Origin: Eledone cirrhosa
Taxonomy: Eukaryota
NCBI GenBank assembly: GCA_964016885.1
Contig: OZ024745.1
Coordinates: 96,534,001-96,598,000, forward strand
DNA: 64,000 bases
Direction of reading: 5' to 3'
Below, piece by piece: positions 15,093 through 29,066 of the stretch. Under the pieces are notes generated by a model, which made no database searches, was not told the DNA's origin, and saw only the letters and a list, made by a program, of their open reading frames with translations. The translations under genes were made by a program, and so were the position numbers. Each line of letters begins with the position of its first letter. Position 1 is the first letter of the stretch.

Positions 15093-16863
15093 GTGTTAAA
15101 GCCGCCACCCCCACCACCACCACAGCGACAACAGAAAAAAAAATTATTATCTCGTGACATCGAAATGGATTCACCCAGAATCGACTCTTCCACACCGAAC
15201 ACCACTGACGCCACCACCACCACAATTGGAACTAAAAATAACAATAACAAAAATAACAATAACAACAACAACAACAACAACGACAACAATGAGAATAACA
15301 ACAAAAACATCAACACCACCATGTCATTTGCCAAAGCAGCCAAAAAATCCGAAACAATCCAGGTAACTCAGGAGGAATTAGATGAAGCCAAGGGAATGGT
15401 AAAGAAAGATGGGTACAGAGTCAGCCCCCCACCCCCACCTAATAAAATGGACCATCGGCGCCTATGCACCATGTCTTATCGGACGATTAACATAAAATCG
15501 CGCCGAGTGGAACGGGCATCTGAGTCTCAAAACCAAAAAGCTTTGGGACATGTGTGGGCACAAAAACCCCACATCAGACGTGGGCAGAAATATGGAACCA
15601 TGGACGTGTTCTTTGGAACACCACAGGAGGTTAGAGAGCACTCCTTGGCCCCATTAAGAAGCGACGACTTCACACTCGTCCAAAGCTATTGTGGCCAGAG
15701 ACTCGTAAAGATCAGGGTGACCCATGTTCCACCGGCCATCGAAATTCCCTGGCTAATGGCTGCCGTCCTCGCCGGCATCGAGGCCAACACCAAAATAATC
15801 GAAATAGCAAGAGAAAAGCAGGAGAACCGGTCCGGATCTGGGATGGAGCTCATGATCCAAGCGAACCAAAACACATTGAGGAGATCCCAGAGGTAATAGA
15901 CCTCACTGACGGCAGCCACCTCACCGTAATCGTCGAGGGTAGAAGGCCTAGGTGTGTCGTTTGTGGTGAAGGAACCCACTTAAGGGATTTTTGCCCTCAG
16001 GCTAAAAAGTTGAGGCCACCTCTCCTACCCACCCCAGTGACTCAACCATCAACACCACCAGCAGCTGAAATGGCAGCAACAACTGTAGCAGCAACAACAG
16101 AAGCAACTCTAGCAGCAACAACCCCAGCAACAGTAGCAAAACCAACACCACCACCACCCGACGCGCCAGAACTAGCACCAGCGCCTACACCATCCACCAC
16201 GCCACAACCAAAAACCAACGCCTGTGGAGGATTTTCCACTCCCCGACCTATCGCAACTGGAGAGAAATTGTGACGACGAGGAGTGGGAAACGGTATCAGG
16301 AAAAAAGAAAAAAAGAAACCAAAAAGAAAAAATTCTCTTCCCTCCCCCTCTAAAAACAAAATACAGAGGGAAACAAATAAACTATCAAACAAAAAAGTTA
16401 GAACAGATATGCCACCATCCACACCAGCATCACCAACCCCCATCACCACAAACACCAACACCATCACCATCATTAACCCCAACACCACCATCACCAACAC
16501 CACAAAAGTCACCAAAAAGCGAAACAGAAACAAACCCACAACAAACGCAAACAAAACAAAACAACCAAATCGATACACACTACACAGCATTAAATTTGAA
16601 CAACCAATTATTACACTACATCCAACACCAGCATCACAGAAAAAGACTACACAATACCTAAAAAGTTTACACCATCTCCACACATACAAATCACTCGCAT
16701 CACACAGAAAACGTACACGACACTAAAACAAAAATTCCCCAAAGACATCGGAGACTTCCGACAAGCACTCTCCAGGAGGATTTATAAGGACATCCTTCCG
16801 GAGGAGGCCACAAGCAGTGAAAAGGATGGAGAAACCATCCTTCCTATACGAGAAGTAAGGTAA
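15093..16863 (+). pseudogene. Tx1-A ORF1 (Asn-rich N-terminus, gag-like knuckle), frameshifted
   Basis: VEGRRPRCVVCGEGTHLRDFCP knuckle; pieces 15093-15896, 15689-16273 and 16283-16726. Confidence 0.85.
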
Positions 16864-16897
16864 GTGGTCTTTCCCATCTTTTCCACTCCATTTAAAC

Positions 16898-19800
16898 ATG
16901 ACCTCACTCAGAATAGGCAGCATAAATGCGCGTGCCTTGGGGTCGTCATGGAAGCAGGGCCACCTGCTCAACGATCTCAGGTCACTAAACATAGATGTAG
17001 TGGCCATCAGCGAGAGAAGAATCTCCGAAGCACGGGCCTTCTCACCGACTTTCGGTGGCTACGATGTGTACGCATCTCCCAGCCGCCCTGGATCGGGGGG
17101 AGGAGTTGCTGTGCTTTTTCGGAGAGGCTTGGACCTCGCCATACGGGACATCTTCCTGGACCCAGAGGTAAGTTGGTGTTGCTGGAGGTGACCAGCGGAG
17201 ACGGGCAAGCTTTCAGGCTAGTGGCCGTCTATTCCCCGACAGGAGCAGGGCAGCCTGATTTCTTCCGGTGTCTGGAGACCTTTCTTGGAACGTTTTCTTT
17301 TTAGAGTTAGTGGGCGACTGGAATGGGATCTTAGATGCACGTTGGGACTGTGTGGGATTAGCGGATAGGGGAGGGGGGTGCAAGAGCCTCACCAACCTGC
17401 TCAGGCGTTTTGAACTGTCTGACAGGTACCGATTGTATTTCCCGAATGTGCCAATGTGGACTTGGACAAACCGTATCGGGTCATCCAGATCATATCTAGA
17501 TAGAGTATTTTGTAGGGAAATAGATAGGTCTAGCATAGGCTGTCCACAATTCAAGATAATCAGCTACACGGACCACAAATTCGTGATCTGTGTGATTGAC
17601 TTAGATAGGCTTCATAGACGAGGAACCGGCTACAGAGACCGGATTAGCGAACTAGTTAAGCGGGCGTTGACGGGGGCCATCGTCAACAACAAATGGTGGT
17701 TTGCTCTGAAAAGAGCGATTAAAATAGAGTCCATTAGGTTTAGTAAGGCTTTAGCTATAGAGAAAAATAGACCAGAGGGAGAACTAGTTAGAAAATTAGA
17801 CGAGGCGCTTAACAAAGGCATCGCAACCGACGTACTTGCGGCGAAATTGGCCCTTGACCAATTCTTCAATGCAAAGCACGAAGGCAGCGTTGTCAGAGCT
17901 AGGGTGTGTGCTCTCAGACACGAGGGGACTAAAGCCGTTCAATGGGCCCGAGTGGCGGAGGCGCGTCGTGGCAACAAAGCCACGATCCGGTCTTTGGTGG
18001 ACCACGACGGGCGCATGCTACTCGATCCCGGGCAAATGTGTGAAGCTTTTCAGCGACACTTCGCCCAGCTGTTCGGGGGCAGCGGCGAGACGAATGGAGG
18101 GATGGACTTTAGTGTCTACCTCGACGGACTGCCGCGGCTCTCGGCCACTGAGGCGGAGTGTTGCGAAAAGCCGATAACAGCCGCTGAAGTACGGGAGGCA
18201 ATGACTGGCTGCACAAGGGTTAAATCGCCTGGTTTGGATGGTCTGCCCTATGAACTTTACGCACAGATGCCAGACTTGTTCGGAGGCCTCTTGGCGGACG
18301 TCTACTGCAACTGGCAACAGAACGGGCGAATTCCCAGTTCTGTGAGCCGAGGAGCGGTGGCGCTGCTGAGAAAGGATCCGAACAAGGGGGATAACATAGA
18401 TAATTTCAGGCCCATAACTCTGCTAAACACAGAGTTCAAGATTTTGGCCAAGGTGCTAGCAAAGAGGTTGGCGCTTGTCGTTGGTGGGAGAGGCGCAGAC
18501 ATGCGCCATTCCCGACAGATCCATCCACGACAACCTCAATCTAATGCGATACATCGTGGAGAGGGTAGCTAGGGAACCTGGCACGGGTGGGTCCTTGATA
18601 AATTTAGATCAGTCGAAAGCTTTCGATAGGATCGAGCATCGTTACCTAGCGGCAGTCCTGAGGGCGGCTGGCTTTGGGCCCGTCTTCAGAGGCTGGATCG
18701 CTGCCATGCACAGCGACATCTACTCTGTGGTGAGAGTGAACGGTCACCTTTCGGAACCGTTCAACATCATGCGCTCGGTCCGCCAAGGATGTCCCCTCTC
18801 GTCCCTCTTGCACGTATTGACTCTCGAGCCATTACTGCACAAACTGGAGACGTTGAAGGGGATCCCGCGCGAACTAGGATGCGGAAGATCCGAGTCAGCC
18901 TATGCGGACGATGTCACCGTAGTGGTGTCGAACGCCAAACACATCGAGGCGATCGGCACTACACTAAGAGAATACGAAGCGGTGACAGGAGCAATGATCA
19001 ACCAGGAAAAGTCAGTGGGCCTGCAGCTCGGCACCTGGAGAGGCAGGTCCATGCCGTCCAACAGCGTCGTCGGGCGCTGGACGGACGGACCGGTTAAATT
19101 GCTAGGGGTCTGGATCGATCCGGACCTCCAGACGGACAAAAACTGGGATGAGGTGACGAGCAGGGTGTCTTCTCTCACCCAGAAATGGGCGGAGAGGAAA
19201 CTATCCCTGAAAAGTCGAGCGGAGGTGGCTAATGCGTACATCGCATCCGTCATCTACTACCGCCTGACCGTCGTACCTTGTCCTAAGCCCCGCCTGAATG
19301 CGCTGGAGCGTTTGCTCTTTCGCTTGTTGTGGAAGGGACGCGCTCCGATGGTCAGGCGGTCCATCTGCTGTCAACACCCGCTACGTGGAGGGCTGGGCAT
19401 GCCGTGGCTGATGATGCGCAGACACGCGCTCAGGCTACGACATCTCCATCTCTTCCTCGACGGGGATCAGGTGTGGTCGCCGTTTGCTAGACGCGTCTTT
19501 CCCCAGCTCGTCTCCTTGACGGAGCTGCAGAGGGAGCGCCTGGAGACTGGAATGTCTTCAGGCGCTCACAGCCCTCGACCAATCGGGCAATGTGATCGGT
19601 GGAAACTCCACCTTGGCGTTCTATAGAGGATTAGTGGAGGGGATGAGCGACGACGTATTTGGGGAAACTCTAGGCGTCGACGAAAATCAACTAGCCAATC
19701 TCTTCGGAAGAACTTTCGGGCCGGGGCCTATGGACAACTTCCAGAAATCCCTGGCCTGGCAGTGCTACCGAGGGGCTTTGCCAGTTCGGGATAAACTCTA

Positions 19801-20243
19801 CAGGTATGGAGGTGCCGTCAGCCGGGCATGTCCGAATGCGCGCAGGGAGACGAAACCGTCCTGCATGCACTCGTCCAGTGTCCGAGCATTGCTGACTTGT
19901 GGGTTTAAGTCGAACACCTGCTGCCGCGTGTAGGACGGATCCAGCTATCAGCTGAGTTCATCGTGAGGATTGCCCCGCCCTCTTCCTTTAGCCGGGAAGG
20001 GCAGGCAGTTTTTATCTGTCTGGTGGCAATGGCGAAAGTGATAGTATGGGGGACACGTTTGAAAGGGCTGAAAACGAGCACTTACCTCTTCGGTGATGCT
20101 CTGATTAACTTTTTCAAATTTCATTTGAAAAGGAAAATCAGGGTAGAGAGGAAGTGCTCTCTTCCCAGCATTTTGTTGAAAGATGGGTGAGAGAAGCATG
20201 TATGGCCCGAGTGAATGGGCCTACTCTGAGTATGTGTCTGTAA
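16898..20243 (+). pseudogene. Tx1-A ORF2 (APE endonuclease, RT, zf-RVT), multiple frameshifts
   Basis: SINARALG, GDWN, SYLDR, TDH (APE); KSPGLDG, NFRPITLLN, KAFDR, RQGCPLS, AYADD (RT). Confidence 0.93.
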
Positions 20244-20931
20244 ATTAAAGGTGGAAAACTGAGAGAGGCCACTTGCTCTGGTGGTCAGGGTCACTGTGCC
20301 TTTTTAATGGGCTTTCTCCACGAATGTCCCTCGGAAATCTCCCCCGTTTGCGGAATTTTTCATTGTTATTTTTTTGTTACATACTCTGTTTTTGTTTTTT
20401 ACACGCAGAAATGCCCATCTGTACCGTCCTGTATTGTCCTGTACTGTCCTTAATGTCTACTTTATGTAAACCCTTGTGGTTAATAAAGAAATCATTATTA
20501 TTATTATTATGTTTTTTTTTTCTCGTGCAATGGCAATACTCGATAACGAGGAGGCAGCCATCATACGTATACATACATATATATATTTGTGTGTGTGTAT
20601 GGGATATTTATAAAAAGTCTAATGCAAATTTAATTCATATATATTTTTTCAGATAGCTTACCTCTTCTATATTAAAACTATCATAAATACAAGCAAAGCA
20701 ATAACAATCTAGATATAGTGAACATTTCGATAAACTACGTATATTTCTGACTAATACATCTAATAGGAAATAACATTAAAAACTACAAAGACCGGTGAAT
20801 ATTATTGTGTACTCATATTTCGTTGCACATGTCTATGTGAAGCTTGTTTGTATGTGTGTACGTAACAATAACACAAATGAGTAAGCTTGTTTTCATTTTC
20901 ACATCTTACCAGTATCAAACATCACAGGAAC

Positions 20932-20934
<3 letters not shown>

Positions 20935-21012
<78 letters not shown>

Positions 21013-21019
21013 TTACACA

Positions 21020-21114
<95 letters not shown>

Positions 21115-21311
21115 GGGGGGGGGTATGTATTATATGTGTGTGTATGTGTGTGTACATATATATGCACATCTATTTAGCAATATAAATATACATATATGTT
21201 TGTATAAAGATACGAGGTCACACTTTCACTTTTTCGCCCTCACTCTCTCTCTCTCTCTCTTCCTCTCTTTCTCTTTCACACATCACACAAACACACGCAC
21301 ATAAATACCCC

Positions 21312-21367
<56 letters not shown>

Positions 21368-21439
21368 CATACGTGTATTTAATATAATGTATATACTATA
21401 TATTGGGTACGTTGATATTAACATATCTGTACGTGTACT

Positions 21440-21510
<71 letters not shown>

Positions 21511-21517
21511 TTACACA

Positions 21518-21612
<95 letters not shown>

Positions 21613-21809
21613 GGGGGGGGGTATGTATTATATGTGTGTGTATGTGTGTGTACATATATATGCACATCTATTTAGCAATATAAATATACATATATGTTTG
21701 TATAAAGATACGAGGTCACACTTTCACTTTTTCGCCCTCACTCTCTCTCTCTCTCTCTTCCTCTCTTTCTCTTTCACACATCACACAAACACACGCACAT
21801 AAATACCCC

Positions 21810-21865
<56 letters not shown>

Positions 21866-21937
21866 CATACGTGTATTTAATATAATGTATATACTATATA
21901 TTGGGTACGTTGATATTAACATATCTGTACGTGTACT

Positions 21938-21941
<4 letters not shown>
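20935..21941. repeat. Tandem duplication of a microsatellite-rich unit, period 498 bp
   Basis: Near-identical unique spacers and repeat lengths, e.g. 21169/21667 and 21441/21939. Confidence 0.9.
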
Positions 21942-21986
<45 letters not shown>

Positions 21987-22383
21987 ACATGACTAAAGTG
22001 ATTTGAGTTTTGATTATAGGTAGAAAGAAATCAATATTCCTTCACTGTTTGACACAACAGATCAAATGGTGACCTCTCAATAGACTCATAAAATGTAATC
22101 TTTTTGAAGTTTTCTTGTCGTCAATATTGCTGACTAATGAATACCAGCCATCATTAAAGAGCTACCGTAAGTAGCATATGTTTGATATGGCCCGACATAT
22201 TTGTGCACCAGGAAGTTCTCTACGAATATTAATGACTCACTCTTTTCGCACGTTCTTATGATGGAGGAACAATGAAAGAACTTCTCACTAACTGTTCATT
22301 TTTTTACCTTTACATTTCGACGTCATTGTGCAGTACCTTTATATATATATACACACACACATATGCATATATACATACATCGC

Positions 22384-22479
<96 letters not shown>

Positions 22480-22507
22480 GTAATCCACTAAGTTTGAATC
22501 TATATAA

Positions 22508-22560
<53 letters not shown>

Positions 22561-22716
22561 CAGTATTTACGTATCGAGAAAGAGAAAAAAAGGGGAGGAT
22601 AGGTGATACATACAGTTATTTGCCAAGTAGCGTATGCCAAAGGTGTTCGATACTAGTGCCGGCAGTATTAAATATTAGAAGTGTTAATAGTTAGTGGGCT
22701 AGAGAGTTATTCCCAC

Positions 22717-23289
<573 letters not shown>

Positions 23290-23387
23290 GTAATCCACTA
23301 AGTTGAGTGTATATAAGTACATATATATATATATATAGCAAAATAGTGAAGAATAACGTGGTCGGCTGAACAAGTGGGTTTATTTAA

Positions 23388-23498
23388 AGTATTAACAATT
23401 ATTTCATTAGTCCGGTGTATCTAAAAACCGGTGATCGTTAGAAATCACGTCACTCGATTTTAATTACAGTCGATACCCGACCAAATCATCAGAATACT
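23388..23498 (-). ncRNA. Type I hammerhead ribozyme with intact core and extended stem II
   Basis: Minus strand AGTATT CTGATGA T TTGGTC...GACTAA T GAAA TAATTG TT AATACT: perfect 6-bp stem I, near-palindromic stem III, GUU triplet, AATAAA downstream. Confidence 0.7.
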
Positions 23499-23587
23499 GA
23501 ACTGTGTACATGATACAGTGCACTAGTATTTAGGGATTACCTTAAACGATATCTTATTATATATATATAGAGATATATATAAGCACA

Positions 23588-23612
23588 GAGATAGATAGAT
23601 AGATAGATAGAT
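23588..23612. repeat. (GATA)n tract at the 3' end of Tx1-B
   Basis: gatagatagatagatagatagata directly abuts tgtttctttatt. Confidence 0.95.
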
Positions 23613-23851
23613 ATGTTTCTTTATTAGCCACAGGGGCACAAAAGAAGGGGACAAATACAAAGGGGGAAGTTTACATACAATAAAAACGTGTAAAATGTTA
23701 TCACAAATGGAATTTAAAAAGTTAGTCGATTTTCCCCAATAGGGGAGACAGTTTATATGGGTAACACATACCCCCGAAAAAATGTGCAACCCTCGTCTCC
23801 AGGAGTACGAAGAGTTTGTACTCCTTTCCTCCCCTCCTCCTTTTCCTCAAC

Positions 23852-26800
23852 CTACAGGCTGATATAGAGAGAAGGCCCATTCACTCGGGCCATTCTCGCC
23901 ACTTTCACCCACCTTTCATAAAACTTGCTGGGGTACAGCACCTCTCTCTCCATCCTGATTCTTCTTCTAAAGTGGTATTTGAAAAAAAGAATCAGTTGTT
24001 GGCCGGAGAGAAAGGTGTCTGATCTCAGCCCTTTCAACCTTGTCCACCATACAACCTCTTTCGCCATAGCTATCACACAAAGGAAAACCGCCTCTCCTTC
24101 GTTTTTGAAGGAGGGTGGCGGTTTGATCATGACAATGGACTCGGTGGTCAACCGGATTGGTCCCACCCGCGACAATAGTCGTTCTACATAGCCCCACAGG
24201 TGAGTGACGCCCGGGCACTGTATGAATGCGTGCGCGACGGTTTCTTCGTCTCGCACGCACCTCGGACAGATCTTTTTTGCAGGGTCCCTGCCCGGGCGCC
24301 CATGTCTGTAGGGCTTGTCTCGAACTGGTAGAGCTCCTCGGTAGCACTGCCAGGCCAGGGACTTTTGGAAGTTGTCCATCGGTCCCGGGCGGAAGGTCCT
24401 ACCGAATAGACTGGCCAGTTCATCTTCCTCTACGCCTAGAGTTTCACCGAGCGCGTCATCGTACTTGCTGCGGACCAACCCTCTATAGAATGACGAAGTG
24501 GAGTCTCCACTGATCGCCGGGTCCGCCTGCCAGAGGGCTGCGAGCGCCTGAGCACATTCGATGTGCCAGTCGCCCATTTTCCTCGGTCTTTGCTTGACCC
24601 AGGACTGCTTCTCGGTCAGCGAGACAAGTCGTGGGAAGGCTCGCCTCATGAACGGGGCCCACACCGGTTGTCCGATGAGGAATACGTAGAGATGCCGCAG
24701 CCTGAGCGCGTGTTTGCGCATCGTCAACCACGGTATCCCCAGCCCCAGTTAGAAGGTTGTTGGCAGCAGATGGATCTTCTCACCAAAGGAGCCCGCCTCT
24801 TCCAAAGGAATTGGAAGAGCGCGCGCTCCATTTTGGCGAGCGTTTTGGCTGGACAAGGCACGACGGTCAAGCGGTAGTAGATGGCGGACGCTAGAAAAGT
24901 GTTCGCCACCTCCGCTCGACCTTTCAAGGATAGTTCGCACTCGGCCCACTTCTGGGTGAGTGCAAACACCTTGGCCGTCACTTCGTTCCAGTTCTTCTCC
25001 ACCTGGAAGTCTGGGCCAAACCAGACCCCGAGCAGCTTTACCGGTCCTTCCGTCCAGCGTCCGACGACGACATCGGAAGGCATCGGTTTGCCTCTCCACG
25101 ATCTGAGTTGCAAACCGATGAACTTGTCCCGGTTCAGCTTCGCTCCTGTGAGACTTTCGTATTCCTTCAGTAAGGTGGCGACTTCCTCGATTTGCGAGGC
25201 GCTCGACACCATTACTGTCACGTCGTCAACGTAGGCCGACGCCACTTTCCGCAGTCCCGGTTCCAGAGGGATGCCCTGCAATAGCTCCAGCTTCCGTAGT
25301 AGTGGCTCGAGAGTCAGTACGTACAGAAGGGAGGAGAGAGGGCATCCCTGTCGAATGGATCGCGTAATATGGAACGGCTCCGAGAGGTAGCCGTTCACCT
25401 TGACCCTTGAGCAGATATTGCTGTTGTGCATTGCAGCAATCCAGCCCCTGAACACGGGTCCGAAGCCTGCCGCCTCGAGCACCGCATCCAGGTAACGATG
25501 GTCAACCCTATCGAAAGCCTTAGACTGATCCAAGTTGATCAGGGCCCCACCGAAGCCGGGTTTACACCCTACCCTCTCTATGATGTATCGCATGAGGTGG
25601 AGGTTGTCGTGTATGGACCTGGTCGGGATTGCGCATGTCTGCGCTTCTCCCACCAGGTTCTCGACGACAAGCGCCAGCCTCTTTGCCAACACCTTGGCCA
25701 AAATCTGTAACTCTGTGTTTAGCAGAGTTATGGGCCGGAAGTTGCCTATGTCATCCCCCTTATTCTTGTCCTTCCTGATTAGTGTAACCACGCCCCCGGT
25801 TACACAACTGGGAATTCTCCCGTTCTATTCCAGGAGACCGGAGAATAAGTCCGGCATTGCTACGTAAAATTCGTAGGGTAGACCGTCGAGACCTGGAGAT
25901 TTGCGTTTGCCGCATTGGCTCAGCGCGTCCCCTATCTCAGTGGCTGAAATCGGCTTTTCGCAGAACTTTGCCTCGCTGTCCAAGAGTTGCGGTAGGCCGT
26001 AGAGGTATGGACCGAAATTCATAGCCTCCCCCCCCCACGAACAGTTGAGCAAAGTGCCGCTGAAAAGCCGCACACATCTGCTTCGGCTCACGTATTACGC
26101 GTCCGTTTTGGTCCTTCAAAGACCGAATCGTGGACTTGTTGCCACTTTTTGCCTCCGTCACTCGGGCCCAGCTAACAGCTTTGGCTCCCTCGTTTCCCAA
26201 AAGCACGTGTTTTGCTTCTGACAACGCAGCCCTCGTGCTTTGCGTCGAAGAACTGGCCCAAGGCCGTTCTCGTTGCTAGCACGCTGGCTACGTTGCCACT
26301 TCTAATTACCTCTTCTACTTTATCTACCAGTTCCTTCTCGGTTCTATTTCTATCTAACGCTAATTCTTTACTAAAGACTATCGAGTCTAATCTAACTGCC
26401 CTCTTGAGAGAGTACCACCATCTATTGTTGACAATGGCCCCTGTCAAGTGCTGTTTAACTAAAGTGCTAATCCGTCTACTGTAGGCTTTGCTTGTCGGTA
26501 ACGACAAGTTCAGCTTCCAGTAGCCGGGTCCTTGTCTATGGGTTCTATCAAGGTTGGCCATGCAGGTCACTAGTTTGTGATCTGAATAGGCAACCATGAA
26601 CATTTGTGGGCAGCTTAACATGTCCCTATCCTTATTTCTAACTAGAACCCTATCTACGTACGATCTAGATGTTCCGCTACGATTACTCCACGTCCACAGT
26701 GGCGCAGTCGGAAAATCTAGTCGATATCTATCGGCCAAGTCAAATCGGTCGATTAACTGTTTGAGGCTGTTACACCCCTCTTTATCGGGACATGCTCCCA

Positions 26801-26875
26801 CATAGTCCCAACGTGCATCTAGGATTCCATTCCAGTCCCACGTACGTTCACACATCCAACTCTTATATTGGCCAT
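23852..26875 (-). pseudogene. Tx1-B ORF2, frameshifted, most of APE deleted
   Basis: Starts MANIRVGCVNVRG and is joined directly to DWNGILD; RT with YVDD; C-terminal CPRC..ETVAHAFIQC. Confidence 0.92.
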
Positions 26876-26912
26876 GTTGGTGCTGAAAAGTTAAAAGAGG
26901 AAAAGAGATCAC

Positions 26913-28804
26913 TCACCTCTTCGTCTCCTGGGGACCAGGCCGCACGATTTCCATGGGGGTGTTGGAGGGGTTGTCTGGATGGGTGGTGGTTTCCGGCGGG
27001 GTGGGGACGGAGATGTTTGGTGGGGTGGGGTCTGGTGAGATGGGGGTGTCTGGGGTGGGGAGACATTTGAGAAGGACGCGGTTGAGTGGTTTCACGCAGG
27101 AATTCCCCACATCCTTCTCAAATGTTTCTTTTAGGGACCTATAAGTTTGTATAGGGACCCTAATCAGTTTTAGGTTCAGTTTTTTGCTATTTTTAATAGA
27201 GTGGGCGAAAGTTTTCCCTTCGGTTTTCACCGAAGGGTCGTTCGTGATGGTCTCCATTAGTGTTTTGTTTTCAGTGTTTATGTAAGTGTAAGTGTAATTT
27301 TCTTGTGTTGTGTTTGTTTTTGTCTGTAGTTCTTGTGTGTGCTTTCGTTTTGTTGTAGGTATTTTGTTTTCAGGAGGTGGGGGTTTTGTTTGTGATGTTT
27401 TTGTTGTTTGTGTTGGTGGTTGTATGTTTGTGGTAGTGTTTGCTTGTTTTTTGCTTTTGTGATGTCTTTTCTTTCTTTTCGAGCGATGGGGTTCTCCCTC
27501 GTCTTCACTGGGTGATGGCGAGATAGCCTCATCCTTTGTATCGTCTGTGTGATTGGGGAGGGGTATGTCTTGGGGAGCTGTTGTGTCTGTATGTGATTTT
27601 GCAGTGGTTTTAGGTGGAATGGGGTTGGGTGAGACTGTGTTTGTTGTGGTTACTTTTGTGTGTTGGTGTTGTTGTTGTTGTGGTGGTGTTGGTGGTTGTG
27701 TTGTTTTGATGGGTGTCGGCAGAAGAGCCTTTTTTTATTCATTAATTTAGGACAGGAAGCCCTCAGGTGACCCCTGCTAAAGCAATGGTAACATGAAGGC
27801 CGCCTACCCTCAACCGAAAAGTTTATGTAGGTGAGTTCGTCCAGGAGTACACGTTGTGGGATCATAGCTATTCGCTCTGGGCTCATTTGCACCAGAACTT
27901 CAATGCTAGTCCCATTGAATACATCTCTGGAGGACTTTCCTACTGACAGTATTCTATCTTCATCAAAATTGATGAAGCCGCACAGTATCCACCATATGTT
28001 CACCTTTGGTGTGACACTCGTGATTCTGATCTTTTGTGTCCTTTTTCCCATGTATGTAGGGAAAAAGGTGTACAGGTTGGATACAATTGGCGACACAGAG
28101 TAATTTTGGGCCGTCAATTGATCCTTCATGAGTACCGAAATGCTCCCAAAAAGTTTGCTTCTTTGAATGAATGCAATATCATTCATTGAATTTTTGAAAA
28201 CCAGTTCAATTTCTTTCTGTGACAATTGGACTGGTTTTCGGGTAGAATTGGAAACTGTCCTAAAAACTATCGTTTTGCGAATTTCTACCGGAGAATTGAT
28301 GCTGAAAGCACCATTTTTTTCGAAAGTGACATATCTCCTAGCGTCCTTTAAAAGTTGTTCAGCATTTGTTATGTCGAGATATATCAATTCCTCCTTCTTT
28401 TGAACTTTCTCTGCAAAGGAGATTTTTGGTTTCTTTGTGGAATACGTTTTGTTGGTGTTGTCATTATTGTTGTTATTGTTGATGTTATTCTTGTTGTCAC
28501 CGATGTTGATATTATTTTCCTTGGTGTTGTTGTTATCTTTGGTGCTGGTGTTATTGGTGTTGTCTTTATTTTTTTCTTTGTTGTTGTTATCATTGTTGCT
28601 TTTATCATCATTATTGGTGTTGCTGTTATTTTTGTTGTCATTGAACTGTTTGGTGTCATTTGTGTTGTTTGGATATGAATTCGTTTTTACATTTTCATTT
28701 CGTCTTTCCATCTCTATAGTATCTAGTGAAGAAGACGTTGTTGACTGCGAGCTTTGTAGTCTTACCCCCTCTCCACCACCATTATCGTTGTTCGCAGCGT
28801 TCAT
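26913..28804 (-). pseudogene. Tx1-B ORF1 (main piece 27650-28804)
   Basis: Asn-rich N-terminus, ISFAEKV, VEGRRPSCYHCFSRGHLRASCP knuckle; frameshifted Pro/Thr-rich tail. Confidence 0.88.
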
Positions 28805-29019
28805 AACGTAATCAAAATTTTACAATATTTTTTCCAAGATTCGATTGAGAAAAATTTTTTAAATGGATATTCCGCCCCTGTAGGGGCGAAAATGAGTTGA
28901 CCCACCACCTGAATGTCCAGACGGGGTCAAGTTACACAATGATATAAAATTTAACTAAAAACTCACGTTTTTTTCTTACATAAATTAACGGAAACTTCTC
29001 CGCGAAGTTACACACGTCT

Positions 29020-29026
29020 GATAGAG

Positions 29027-29065
<39 letters not shown>
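29020..29065. repeat. (GATA)n spacer between Tx1-B and Tx1-C
   Basis: About 11 GATA units. Confidence 0.95.

Positions 29066-29066
<1 letters not shown>

Larger units (their letters stand above)
14763..20492 (+). mobile_element. L1-Tx1 clade LINE copy A, near full length, degenerate; 3' end followed by (TTA)n
   Basis: ORF1 with CCHC knuckle plus ORF2 with APE-RT-CCHC; ends AATAAAGAAATC then attattattatt. The 5' boundary is approximate. Confidence 0.92.
23613..29019 (-). mobile_element. L1-Tx1 LINE copy B, near full length, with internal deletion in the endonuclease
   Basis: ORF1 and ORF2 remnants; (GATA)n at both ends. Confidence 0.93.
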
